Shown one piece after another: positions 50,578 through 59,165 of a stretch of DNA of 64,000 nt. Origin of the DNA: an uncultured Flavobacteriales bacterium (lineage in GTDB: Bacteria > Bacteroidota > Bacteroidia > Flavobacteriales > UBA7430); the NCBI GenBank assembly GCA_943789355.1, contig CALSTU010000004.1:585412-649411 (forward strand), written 5' to 3'. Within the stretch, counting starts at the first letter, position 1. Every line of letters starts with the position of its first letter. A program made the translations under genes and the position numbers. The notes beneath the pieces are model-generated. The model was not told where the DNA came from, made no database searches, and saw nothing but the letters and a program-made list of their open reading frames with translations.

Positions 50578-51456
50578 ATGAAAATCTTAAAGGTTGCCCT
50601 AACAGGATTAGCTATTTTAGCAAGCTCTACAATGTTTGCCCAAACCAATGTTTTGGACTACAACACCAAACCCACAAACTTGGATGGCCATGCTTATGTT
50701 AAGCATCATAACTATGAAAACAGAGTATTGGAATACCCTTTTGTTCGAGAGGATGATATTCTTTGGTCTAAAACATACATACAAAGAATAGATCTTAGAC
50801 AAAGAAAAAATCACCCCATGTATTTCCCACAATACCCGGTTAAGCTTGGAGGTGGTAAAGTGCGTATGAACATGACCGACAATTTGTTTCAGGCCGTATT
50901 GGATGATCAATCGATTACCGCTTATGAAGATGAATACTTCGATGAAGTTAAATCAGTAGAGTCGATTAACAAACTATTGTTTTCTATCGATACTGTTGAA
51001 TACGAAGACATCGACAGCGGAGAACTTATCAGTGAATTGGATACCGTTCGTGTAGAAAGTAAGGATGTAAAAGAATTCTTAATTATCGAAGATCGATTCT
51101 TTGACAAAAAGAGATCTGCTATCGACGTACGTATTCTTGGGATCTGCCCCGTAGCAGAAATCATGAATAAGGAAACGTATGAAATGGAGAAGGTGAAGTT
51201 GTTTTGGGTGTGGCTGCCTGAAGCTCGTCAGATGCTTGCAAATGCTTCTGTATACAATACAAGCAACAATGCAGAGCGCATGACTTACGATGAGTTTTTG
51301 CAAAAACGCTTGTTTGCTTCGATCATTACCAAAGAAACAAACATGTATGACCGTTCCATTTTTGAGTACAAGAAAGATAGAATGCAACAGCTTTTAGAAG
51401 CCGATCGCATCAAGAACGACATACGTAACATGGAAAGTGACCTTTGGGAATACTAA
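50578..51456 (+). CDS. gldN: Gliding motility/T9SS protein GldN (PorN)
   Basis: Signal peptide, about 290 aa, last gene of gldKLMN. Confidence 0.8.
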   Translation: MKILKVALTGLAILASSTMFAQTNVLDYNTKPTNLDGHAYVKHHNYENRVLEYPFVREDDILWSKTYIQRIDLRQRKNHPMYFPQYPVKLGGGKVRMNMTDNLFQAVLDDQSITAYEDEYFDEVKSVESINKLLFSIDTVEYEDIDSGELISELDTVRVESKDVKEFLIIEDRFFDKKRSAIDVRILGICPVAEIMNKETYEMEKVKLFWVWLPEARQMLANASVYNTSNNAERMTYDEFLQKRLFASIITKETNMYDRSIFEYKKDRMQQLLEADRIKNDIRNMESDLWEY

Positions 51457-51478
51457 CCCGAAGTCAACGTAAAAATAT

Positions 51479-51504
51479 GAAGCTCCCTTTGGGAGCTTTT
51501 TTCT
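51479..51504 (+). terminator. Rho-independent terminator after gldN
   Basis: Stem AGCTCCC/GGGAGCT with loop TTT, followed by T6. Confidence 0.8.
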
Positions 51505-51505
51505 T

Positions 51506-52567
51506 ATGAAAAAGTTTGATTACATCATTGTAGGGCAAGGTCTAGCAGGAACCGTATTGGCCTTTCAATTGACGCAAATGGGTAAACGCGTTTTTGTCAT
51601 CGATAAGTTTAGGTCATCCACTTCATCAAAAGTTGCTTTTGGGGCATACAATCCTATGGTGCTTAAACGTTTTACAGCCTGTTGGAAAGTCGAAGAACAA
51701 TTGCCACCCCTGTACCAATTCATCAAAAGTTTTGAGGAAACATTTGACACAGGGATTCATACGCCACTCCAACTTTGGCGAAAGTTTCATTCCGTTCAAG
51801 AGCAAAATTTATGGTTGGAGAAGTCAGAAAAGCCGAGATTGCGTGCTTTTATGAATACGACATTCAAGTCGAATGACTCTGAGGAAATTTCTGCAGATTT
51901 CGGTTTCGGTGAAGTAAAGCATTCTGGACGGGTAGATCTCAAAAAAATGATTTCAATTTTCAGAACCCATTTGGATGCTGGCGGTTCTCTTTTAAACGAA
52001 GCCTTTGATTATTCAGCTATGGAGGTTTCAGAAAAGTACATCCGTTACCAATCTGTTGAGGCCGAAAAAATTGTTTTCTGTGAAGGCCATCGCCTCACCC
52101 AGAATCCTTATTTTGATTACTTGCCCTTAATGCGAACCAAGGGAGAACTGTTGACGGTTAAGTTGAAAGGTTTTCAAGCGAAACAGCTACTGAAAAGTAG
52201 TATATCTCTTCTCCCTTTAGGCGCTGAGGAATATAAGCTTGGCGCCACATTTAACTGGGATGATAAAGACGAGGTTTGTACGGAAGAAGCTAAACAAGAA
52301 CTGTTGTCTAAGTTAAACGATTTGGTAAACATTAGCCCTGAGCTCATCAACCATGAGGCGGGATTACGACCTACCGTAAAGGACCGACGTGCTCTTTTAG
52401 GAGCACATCCTTCTCATGACAATGTTTTGGTGTTTAATGGTCTTGGAACACGTGGATTGTTAATTTCTCCCTACTTATCTTTGCAACTGATTGATTTTAT
52501 GGAAAAAGGAAAAATGATAGAACCAGAAGTAGATATTAAACGTTACGAAAACGAAATGAAATGCTAG
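51506..52567 (+). CDS. FAD-dependent oxidoreductase (DAO-like)
   Basis: N-terminal dinucleotide-binding motif YIIVGQGLAGTVLA. About 350 aa. Confidence 0.7.
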   Translation: MKKFDYIIVGQGLAGTVLAFQLTQMGKRVFVIDKFRSSTSSKVAFGAYNPMVLKRFTACWKVEEQLPPLYQFIKSFEETFDTGIHTPLQLWRKFHSVQEQNLWLEKSEKPRLRAFMNTTFKSNDSEEISADFGFGEVKHSGRVDLKKMISIFRTHLDAGGSLLNEAFDYSAMEVSEKYIRYQSVEAEKIVFCEGHRLTQNPYFDYLPLMRTKGELLTVKLKGFQAKQLLKSSISLLPLGAEEYKLGATFNWDDKDEVCTEEAKQELLSKLNDLVNISPELINHEAGLRPTVKDRRALLGAHPSHDNVLVFNGLGTRGLLISPYLSLQLIDFMEKGKMIEPEVDIKRYENEMKC

Positions 52568-54492
52568 CAATTCAGGACATAGGTGTGCAGTTTGGGGGTG
52601 AAGTGTTGTTTGCCGAAATGAGTTTTATGGTCAATAAAGGAGACCGTATTGGTCTGGTTGGTAAAAATGGGGCAGGAAAATCGACCTTGTTGAAAATAAT
52701 CCATTCCAACAAGGGGTTTGATACCGGTTCCGTCAACCTTCAAAAAGAAATGAGGGTGGGTTACCTGTCTCAGGACATAGATTTTGTTAAAGGTAACACC
52801 GTTCTTGAAGAAGCTGAGAAGGCCTTTGAGCGAATTAAAGAGGTTCAAAAGCAACTCGAATTCTTTCAACAAGAGCTCATAAGTAGAACCGATTATGAAT
52901 CGGAGGAATACCTCGAGATTATCAATAAGTGTAGTGAGTTAGAACACGAATTAAACGTAATTGGTGGTTATACGTTTCATGCGCATATTGAAAAAGTACT
53001 CTTTGGTTTGGGCTTTAAATCAGAAGATTTAAAGAAACTCACAGACACCTTCAGTGGCGGTTGGCGAATGCGTATTGAGTTGGCTAAGGTTTTGCTGAGT
53101 AAGCCTGACGTATTACTTTTAGATGAACCGACAAATCACCTGGACATCGAGTCGATCGTTTGGCTGGAGAACTTTTTAAGAACCTACTCAGGTGCCGTCA
53201 TTTTGGTTTCGCACGACAGAGCTTTTCTGGATCAGGTAACCAATAGGACCATTGAGATTGCTAATCGAAAAGCTTACGATTACAAAGCACCCTATACAAA
53301 GTATTTACACTTGCGTCAGGAGCGTTTAGAGCAACAAGTTGCGGTAAAGAAAAATCAAGATAAAGAGATAAAGCAAACAGAGGAACTGATCGATAAGTTT
53401 AGGTACAAAGCCAGCAAAGCTGCCTTTGCCCAAAGTTTGATTAAGAAATTGGATCGGATGGATCGTATAGAGGTAGACGCTACCGATCTGAAGAAAATGA
53501 ATTTTTCGTTTCCGGAGGCGACTTCTCCCGGAAAAGTAATTTTAGAAGTGGAACAATTGTCGAAATCCTACGGTGAAAAAAAGGTCATTCAACAATTAGA
53601 TTTACAAATTGATCGGGGCGATCGTTTGGCCTTTGTTGGGCAGAATGGTCAGGGTAAATCAACCTTGATTAAGTGCATTACGAAAGCAGAATCCCATCAA
53701 GGTATCGTAAAGCCAGGCCACAACGTTCAAATGAGTTATTTTGCTCAAAATCAAGCAGAGTTGTTGGATGCGGAAAAAAGAGTTATTGATGTGATTGAAG
53801 AAGTTGCTGACGATACCTTGCGACCCCGATCTAGAGACATGCTGGGCTCTTTTCTTTTCAGCGGAGACGATGTGGAAAAAAAGGTCAAAGTGCTGTCTGG
53901 AGGAGAGCGATCGAGATTGGCGCTTTGCAAGATGCTTTTACAGACATCAAATTTTTTGATACTCGATGAGCCTACCAATCACTTGGATATTCTTTCCAAA
54001 GAAGTCTTAAAGAATGCTCTAAAGGCCTACAAAGGAACTTTGATTCTCGTTTCTCACGACAGAGATTTTTTGGCGGGACTTTCCACCAAGATTGTGGAGT
54101 TTAGAGATGGGTTTATAAAAACCCATTTGGGCGACATCAATGATTATTTAAGCTTTAGGAAGGCAGAGTCCATGCGCGAGATAGAAAAACGTTCTAAGGT
54201 GCCAAAAAAGCCCGTTAAAGTTCAGTTGAGCAAAGAAGATAGAAAGTCCCTAGAGAAAGAAATAAAAAAAGTGAGCAACCTCCTTTCTAAAGCGGAGCGA
54301 AAGATTGATGAATTAGAAAAGTTTATTGCCAACTGTGATTTAGATCTTGCCGATCCATCGAAAAGTGAATCCTTATTGTCTGACGTGGAATTTTTTAAAC
54401 TCTATCAGAAGTCCAAGGATGATTTGGACAGTACCATGAATGCCTGGGAAAAACATCAGACAGAATTGGATGTTTTGTCATCCAAGCGATGA
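52561..54492 (+). CDS. ABC-F family ATPase (two ABC cassettes, no TM domain)
   Basis: Walker A appears twice (GKNGAGKST, GQNGQGKST) and the signature motif twice (FSGGWRMR, LSGGERSR). Interdomain linker and C-terminal coiled coil are present. Confidence 0.9.
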   Translation: MLAIQDIGVQFGGEVLFAEMSFMVNKGDRIGLVGKNGAGKSTLLKIIHSNKGFDTGSVNLQKEMRVGYLSQDIDFVKGNTVLEEAEKAFERIKEVQKQLEFFQQELISRTDYESEEYLEIINKCSELEHELNVIGGYTFHAHIEKVLFGLGFKSEDLKKLTDTFSGGWRMRIELAKVLLSKPDVLLLDEPTNHLDIESIVWLENFLRTYSGAVILVSHDRAFLDQVTNRTIEIANRKAYDYKAPYTKYLHLRQERLEQQVAVKKNQDKEIKQTEELIDKFRYKASKAAFAQSLIKKLDRMDRIEVDATDLKKMNFSFPEATSPGKVILEVEQLSKSYGEKKVIQQLDLQIDRGDRLAFVGQNGQGKSTLIKCITKAESHQGIVKPGHNVQMSYFAQNQAELLDAEKRVIDVIEEVADDTLRPRSRDMLGSFLFSGDDVEKKVKVLSGGERSRLALCKMLLQTSNFLILDEPTNHLDILSKEVLKNALKAYKGTLILVSHDRDFLAGLSTKIVEFRDGFIKTHLGDINDYLSFRKAESMREIEKRSKVPKKPVKVQLSKEDRKSLEKEIKKVSNLLSKAERKIDELEKFIANCDLDLADPSKSESLLSDVEFFKLYQKSKDDLDSTMNAWEKHQTELDVLSSKR

Positions 54493-54501
54493 TTGAACCG
54501 T

Positions 54502-54534
54502 AAAAAAAAAAGCGCTCATGGAGCGCTTTTTTTT
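54502..54534. terminator. Bidirectional rho-independent terminator between convergent genes
   Basis: A10, then AGCGCTC-ATG-GAGCGCT, then T8. The palindrome is flanked by an A-run and a T-run. Confidence 0.85.
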
Positions 54535-56098
54535 ATCGTAATTCTTTTTTAACCGTTCCGTCATTGTATAAGTAAATCAGCGGGGATCCCTTAGGCACTT
54601 CACTGATCTTAACTTCTTGACCGAGAAGGTTAACGACTCTAACCAAAGATTTGATGTCGTTTGGATGCATCTCAACAGGCATGTCTATGACCCATTGTGG
54701 CACTGTTGGCTGAAGTGCAATTCTTTGTCCGGTAGAAATTTTAGGGTACATAAATCCATCAATTGCCTGGCTAACTTTAATTTGGTAACCTTGTCCTGGT
54801 ATAAAATTTCCAATTCCATTAAAGCCAAATTCAGGCCAATATACTTTTGCTTCGTTGTTTTTTGCAATATTAACATGGTCAACAATCCCATCCAGAGTGG
54901 CTACTACATCTTGTTCTTGGTCAAGTGTAAAGCCGATGATGTTCCACCCTTCAACAATATCAATTGAAATTGGGGAGGAAAAGTTCGCTATAGAGTCCTC
55001 TAATTGGCTTATTGTAGTGAGATTTAATTCATTTTCTGTGTTAACTTGATTGTAGGCGTCTTTCCATAGCGTTGAACATGCATCTGTAAGTGAACAAGAA
55101 GCGTTGGCATCGTACTCTACGAAATGATCGTCAATACAACCCGGAGTTCCCTCACAAGAATTATCATCTTCTTCTGCGTCTGGATCGTAATTACAATAAT
55201 TAGAATCCATACATCCATATATAGTCAAGTCAAAAGTAATTTCGTCTAATGTAATGAATGCATTTCCGGCATATCCTTGAATCTCTGTTGTGGATTCAAA
55301 AGCAAGAACATGGTTGGTTTTAGTGAGTATTGCAAAAATTGGAGTCTGCCCATCTGTAAGCCCATCAACTTCATCCGTAAGCTGATCATCACCCCAGAGA
55401 CTGATGGTGAAGAAACCGTCAGCATCATTGTTTTTTCCAGGAATTTCTGTTGAGCTGATACAGTCCAGGACGCCGTCTTGATCTAAATCGAAAAAAGTTC
55501 CTAAGGTCCCTCCCTCAAAAAGATTGATTGTTTGGTCATTCATACCAATAATCATGTTGTTGTCAGTAAAGGATATGGGTTGAAACAATTCGGGCGTTAC
55601 ATCAAGGGAGTACGTTTTTATTTGGCAGGACCCATTATCCACATCAGCGTTGTATCCTTGCGTGTGATATTCTAGATAGGATTCTACGGTACATCCCGCT
55701 GTGAGTATAGAATTACTGACGGACATGGCATTTGTTTCATAACCTGAAAATACGTTTATTGAAGCAATAGGGACTACCTGGCCATTATTTTTTAGTACAG
55801 CGAAAGTCGGGATCTCTCCATCTATAAGTCCATCAATGATTTGGCTTCCTTGATCGTTTCCCCATAGTGCCATGGTGAAAAAATCATCTTTTACAGATTC
55901 TAATCCAATGCACTTTCCACCGGAATTAAAGGCTCCAATCACATCACCAACAAAGTCATCTAGGTCATTTGTATTAAAACCTAGAGTCATATTAGACCCG
56001 GTATTTGTGGGTGAATAAAATTGATTTTCTTGAATGTTCTGTGCGGAAAGGGATGCCATCATTAAGATAGCAGTAAATTGTAGTAATAAATGTTTCAT
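54533..56098 (-). CDS. Secreted mosaic protein (protein A): two NM/LWGDD modules, Cys-bounded mini-repeats, one shared GWN-NGIG module and a short T9SS-CTD-like tail
   Basis: The ATG at 56098 gives the signal peptide MKHLLLQFTAILMMASLSAQ. Internal repeats lie at aa 28-128 and 172-287. The C-terminus reads VRVVNLLGQEV...LIYLYNDGTVKKELR. Confidence 0.7.
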   Translation of the reverse strand: MKHLLLQFTAILMMASLSAQNIQENQFYSPTNTGSNMTLGFNTNDLDDFVGDVIGAFNSGGKCIGLESVKDDFFTMALWGNDQGSQIIDGLIDGEIPTFAVLKNNGQVVPIASINVFSGYETNAMSVSNSILTAGCTVESYLEYHTQGYNADVDNGSCQIKTYSLDVTPELFQPISFTDNNMIIGMNDQTINLFEGGTLGTFFDLDQDGVLDCISSTEIPGKNNDADGFFTISLWGDDQLTDEVDGLTDGQTPIFAILTKTNHVLAFESTTEIQGYAGNAFITLDEITFDLTIYGCMDSNYCNYDPDAEEDDNSCEGTPGCIDDHFVEYDANASCSLTDACSTLWKDAYNQVNTENELNLTTISQLEDSIANFSSPISIDIVEGWNIIGFTLDQEQDVVATLDGIVDHVNIAKNNEAKVYWPEFGFNGIGNFIPGQGYQIKVSQAIDGFMYPKISTGQRIALQPTVPQWVIDMPVEMHPNDIKSLVRVVNLLGQEVKISEVPKGSPLIYLYNDGTVKKELR

Positions 56099-56162
56099 CG
56101 TAAGGGGGTGTGTTTTCAATAAAAGTACAAAAACAACCCTGATAAACCAATACATTTCTACA

Positions 56163-57398
56163 TTATTGACCGTAGTTTGATTCGTTAGGTAAAAAATGTA
56201 AAAGGGCATTTTCTTCTATCTTAACTTGATAGCCTCTTCCAGCTTCCATAGCTCCAATTCCATTAAACCCCCATTCCGGAAGAATTACAGCGCCCAAATA
56301 ATCTTTAGCGATGAGTAAGTTTTCAGTTTCAATAAGTTCTTTTAAAACCAAGTCTGCTGGTGCTGGTGAATTTCTTAGATACCCCACAAGATTCCATCCT
56401 GGGGTTAAACTTATTGGATTACATTCTGGATCAGTGTATTCTATATCTAGGTTAAGAGCTGTTTCTGAAGTTGTTTTGATGTGGTAAGCTTCACCCAGTA
56501 AAATATCCCCAACACCATTGTAATTCCATTCTGGATAATAAACCGATCCGTTGTTGTTTTTCACCATGACAACCTCTGATATGATCGGACTAAGGGCTTG
56601 ATCTAAACTTTTTTCAATTCCAGATCCATTGATGGAAAAAATGGACCATCCTTTGGGCAGTAGGATGTTTTGTGTTACAATTTGTGGTGAGTCAATACAG
56701 TTGGGATATATGTTGAGTAAATCTTCAAATAGTGCTGAGTATTCGCCCACACAATTGATGTTGTTATTGAAAATATTTAAAGGATTGTTATAGGTAAGAC
56801 CTATTTCTGGAGGCAAGTCAGGTAGAGACGTAAGTTCGTTGTAGCTGCAGTTGATAATGGCTAAACTTTCAGGAAGTTCGGGGAGTTTTTTAAGATTGTT
56901 AAAACTGCAATCTATGTGAGTTAGGCTAGGGGGTAAGTAGTTGATTTTCACAATTTTATTTACCGAACACAAAAGCTTGTCTAAATTCAGGGGTAAGTTT
57001 GGTAGTGTTGAAATTTGATTGTAGCTGCAGTCAAAATGAGTAAGTGTATTTGGAAGTGTCCCAATTGAATCTAGGTTGATGCAGTAACTGCTGTTCAAAT
57101 AATCCAGTTTAGAGGGAATGCTTGTGAGTTTTGTAATGGTGTTGTAGCTGCAATCAAGAGTTTGCAAATTTTCAAAATGTTGCAAGCCGTCTAGATTTGA
57201 AATCTGCCTGGATGAACAATCCATTTCGGTTACAGATTTACAAGCGTTTATGTCCAATAGAGAATCCTCAATTAAAATTTCAGGGAAAGTTTCTGACAGA
57301 AACACTCTGAAGTTTTGATCGCTTATTAGGTAGGTCTCAACTTGTGCTAGAGAAGATGAAACAACGAATAGGGGCAGTATGAGGAATTTAAAATTCAA
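56163..57398 (-). CDS. Secreted leucine-rich-repeat protein (20-residue LPX-type LRRs) with two C-terminal GWN-NGIG modules
   Basis: Signal peptide MNFKFLILPLFVVSSSLAQ (TTG start). At least six repeats of the form LxxLxCSxNxLxxLPxLPxx. Tandem shared modules occupy the C-terminus. Confidence 0.75.
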   Translation of the reverse strand: MNFKFLILPLFVVSSSLAQVETYLISDQNFRVFLSETFPEILIEDSLLDINACKSVTEMDCSSRQISNLDGLQHFENLQTLDCSYNTITKLTSIPSKLDYLNSSYCINLDSIGTLPNTLTHFDCSYNQISTLPNLPLNLDKLLCSVNKIVKINYLPPSLTHIDCSFNNLKKLPELPESLAIINCSYNELTSLPDLPPEIGLTYNNPLNIFNNNINCVGEYSALFEDLLNIYPNCIDSPQIVTQNILLPKGWSIFSINGSGIEKSLDQALSPIISEVVMVKNNNGSVYYPEWNYNGVGDILLGEAYHIKTTSETALNLDIEYTDPECNPISLTPGWNLVGYLRNSPAPADLVLKELIETENLLIAKDYLGAVILPEWGFNGIGAMEAGRGYQVKIEENALLHFLPNESNYGQ

Positions 57399-57499
57399 TC
57401 TTCAAATTTACAAAAATCTAATTCATATCGCAGTCTGATTTAAAGGCTTTATTATCTTCTAATATCACCAGATGTAATATACAACTAATTTCAACTCCA

Positions 57500-59104
57500 T
57501 CACGCTCCTTTTAGAAGTTGGATGCTGATGCTTGTTTTTTCTTCATCCGGAATTTTGAAGGAACATCCATCCGCCGGAATAAGTCCTGCATTTTTTGCAG
57601 CATTTAAAAAAGAAGGCAACTCCATGATGTATTGGTCACTGTATCCGTGCGTGGCTTCATAGGGCGTTGCGAGTGTCGTGCCTATATTCGATGCAGCCAA
57701 AATAGGGTTAATGGCATGCAGCTCCACAGCCAGCAGTCCGAACTTTTTTACAAATGGGCTCCAACTTTTAAAGTGCTCGGTTAAGTTTTGAAAAAGTTCG
57801 TTGTTTGGAATTCTTCGCCCTCGGTGTGCAAAAGCACCGTCAGATTGAGAAGTTAACGATGTCGTTTTCGGTTTTTGGTAGATGCGATTGTGGTCCAAAA
57901 AAGTTCGTGTATTCAACAATTCAATCAGTTCAATACCGTGTTGGTTTACAAGCATGTCATTCAATCCCTCTGGATTACTGATGTCTCCAAAGCCTACATA
58001 AGCGGGTATGTTCTTTGACTTGAAAGTCTCTCGAGTAGCCATACGGGCCTTTTTGTTATAATCCACACCCATCATGAACAGGGGATGCTTTTCAAGCAGC
58101 TTCCCCCGAAGGGTTTTTTTAGAGATTACCTCGTATACATGTGAAATGAAAGTGCCGTCACCACAGCCTACATCAATGATGCCTTTGGGTTGTTCACCAA
58201 TAGGTCTGTTAAAAAGCTCCAAGATGATTTGGTCTACTTTTTTAAAATAACTGCTGTGAGCTCCTCCGCTGCCCCAAACATTCATGTATCGATACACGTG
58301 GCTTTCATGTCCTTCTTCATTTTCTTTCCAAATTTCATGGGGGTCGCCAATCAGTAAAGTCTCCAGCTTCGCAAAAGTAGGAAGGTAAGACAACGTTACT
58401 CCATAAGAGCTTGCTCTTTTGAGGTGGTAAAGACCTTTTTCGGTCAAAAGATGTTTTGAGGATTCGAGGTACACGTAGTCTATAGCTCCAAGCATCGTCA
58501 TGAACCAATCAAACAGCTCTTCGGAAATGTCAAATCTTTTAGCGGTGAGGATGGAAGTGTTGTCCAGATCTTTGAATTTTTTATTGATGCCCAAGCCCAC
58601 CAATATCGAGCCCATAAGTAGGCCTTCCATGTGGTAGGTCATTCGCCGATCAAGAGGGCTTTCTTGGAGTTTTCGTACGGATTCCAATTGAATAAGAGCA
58701 GCCTTCAGAGCATCTGCATTTGTTTCTTTTGAAATCACATTTCTAGGTCGTACCGTTTGGTCTACAATGAGTTTGTAAAAGGCATGGTAGTGTTCTGCTT
58801 TTTTGAAGGCTTCGGCCCCTAGAGTGGTGGTTGTAAGCGTAATCTGGTCGCTTTCATTGTCTACAACTCTTAAAAGATAGCCCTGAGAAGCCAGTATGCG
58901 TAGAGCTACATTTAAATAACCCTCATTGGTGCCAACAGCTAAATTTAAGGCAGCTAAAGACCACTTTTCTTGATCTAAGAAATGCTGCAGTACGTTTAGT
59001 TTTTTGAGATTGTAAAGCGTGGGAATCAATACCCAGCCATCCAGATGCAGGAACAACCTTTTCCGGATTTCAGAGATGTCTTCTCGACTTAAATGTTGTT
59101 TCAT
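57500..59104 (-). CDS. Class I SAM-dependent methyltransferase-like protein (O-methyltransferase-family features) with two N-terminal winged-helix-like domains
   Basis: Motif I IIDVGCGDGT, post-I MGVDYN, GFGDISNP, then FLDHN and LLAVELH (His/Glu as in OMT-type enzymes). N-terminal region LDGWVLIPTLYNLKKLNVLQHF...ASQGYLL resembles an OMT dimerisation/wHTH domain. At 534 aa it is about 150 aa longer than typical OMTs. Confidence 0.5.
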   Translation of the reverse strand: MKQHLSREDISEIRKRLFLHLDGWVLIPTLYNLKKLNVLQHFLDQEKWSLAALNLAVGTNEGYLNVALRILASQGYLLRVVDNESDQITLTTTTLGAEAFKKAEHYHAFYKLIVDQTVRPRNVISKETNADALKAALIQLESVRKLQESPLDRRMTYHMEGLLMGSILVGLGINKKFKDLDNTSILTAKRFDISEELFDWFMTMLGAIDYVYLESSKHLLTEKGLYHLKRASSYGVTLSYLPTFAKLETLLIGDPHEIWKENEEGHESHVYRYMNVWGSGGAHSSYFKKVDQIILELFNRPIGEQPKGIIDVGCGDGTFISHVYEVISKKTLRGKLLEKHPLFMMGVDYNKKARMATRETFKSKNIPAYVGFGDISNPEGLNDMLVNQHGIELIELLNTRTFLDHNRIYQKPKTTSLTSQSDGAFAHRGRRIPNNELFQNLTEHFKSWSPFVKKFGLLAVELHAINPILAASNIGTTLATPYEATHGYSDQYIMELPSFLNAAKNAGLIPADGCSFKIPDEEKTSISIQLLKGA

Positions 59105-59165
59105 GTTTGTATCGCTTAAAGCCCTTCACGCATGTGAGCGCTTCTTTAAAGATACAAATAGAATC

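Noticed and set aside
56099-56209. The N-terminal extension of the 54533 ORF to 56209 (558 aa).
   Set aside because: The extension overlaps the 3' end of the LRR gene and lacks a signal peptide. The ATG at 56098 yields a classic signal peptide, MKHLLLQFTAILMMASLSAQ.
57399-57412. TAAATTTG (minus strand, 57410-57403) lies only 4 nt upstream of the TTG start of the LRR gene, which would suggest a leaderless mRNA.
   Set aside because: A leaderless transcript with a UUG start is unlikely. The match is a single 8-mer in a very AT-rich spacer, and co-transcription from upstream is equally possible.
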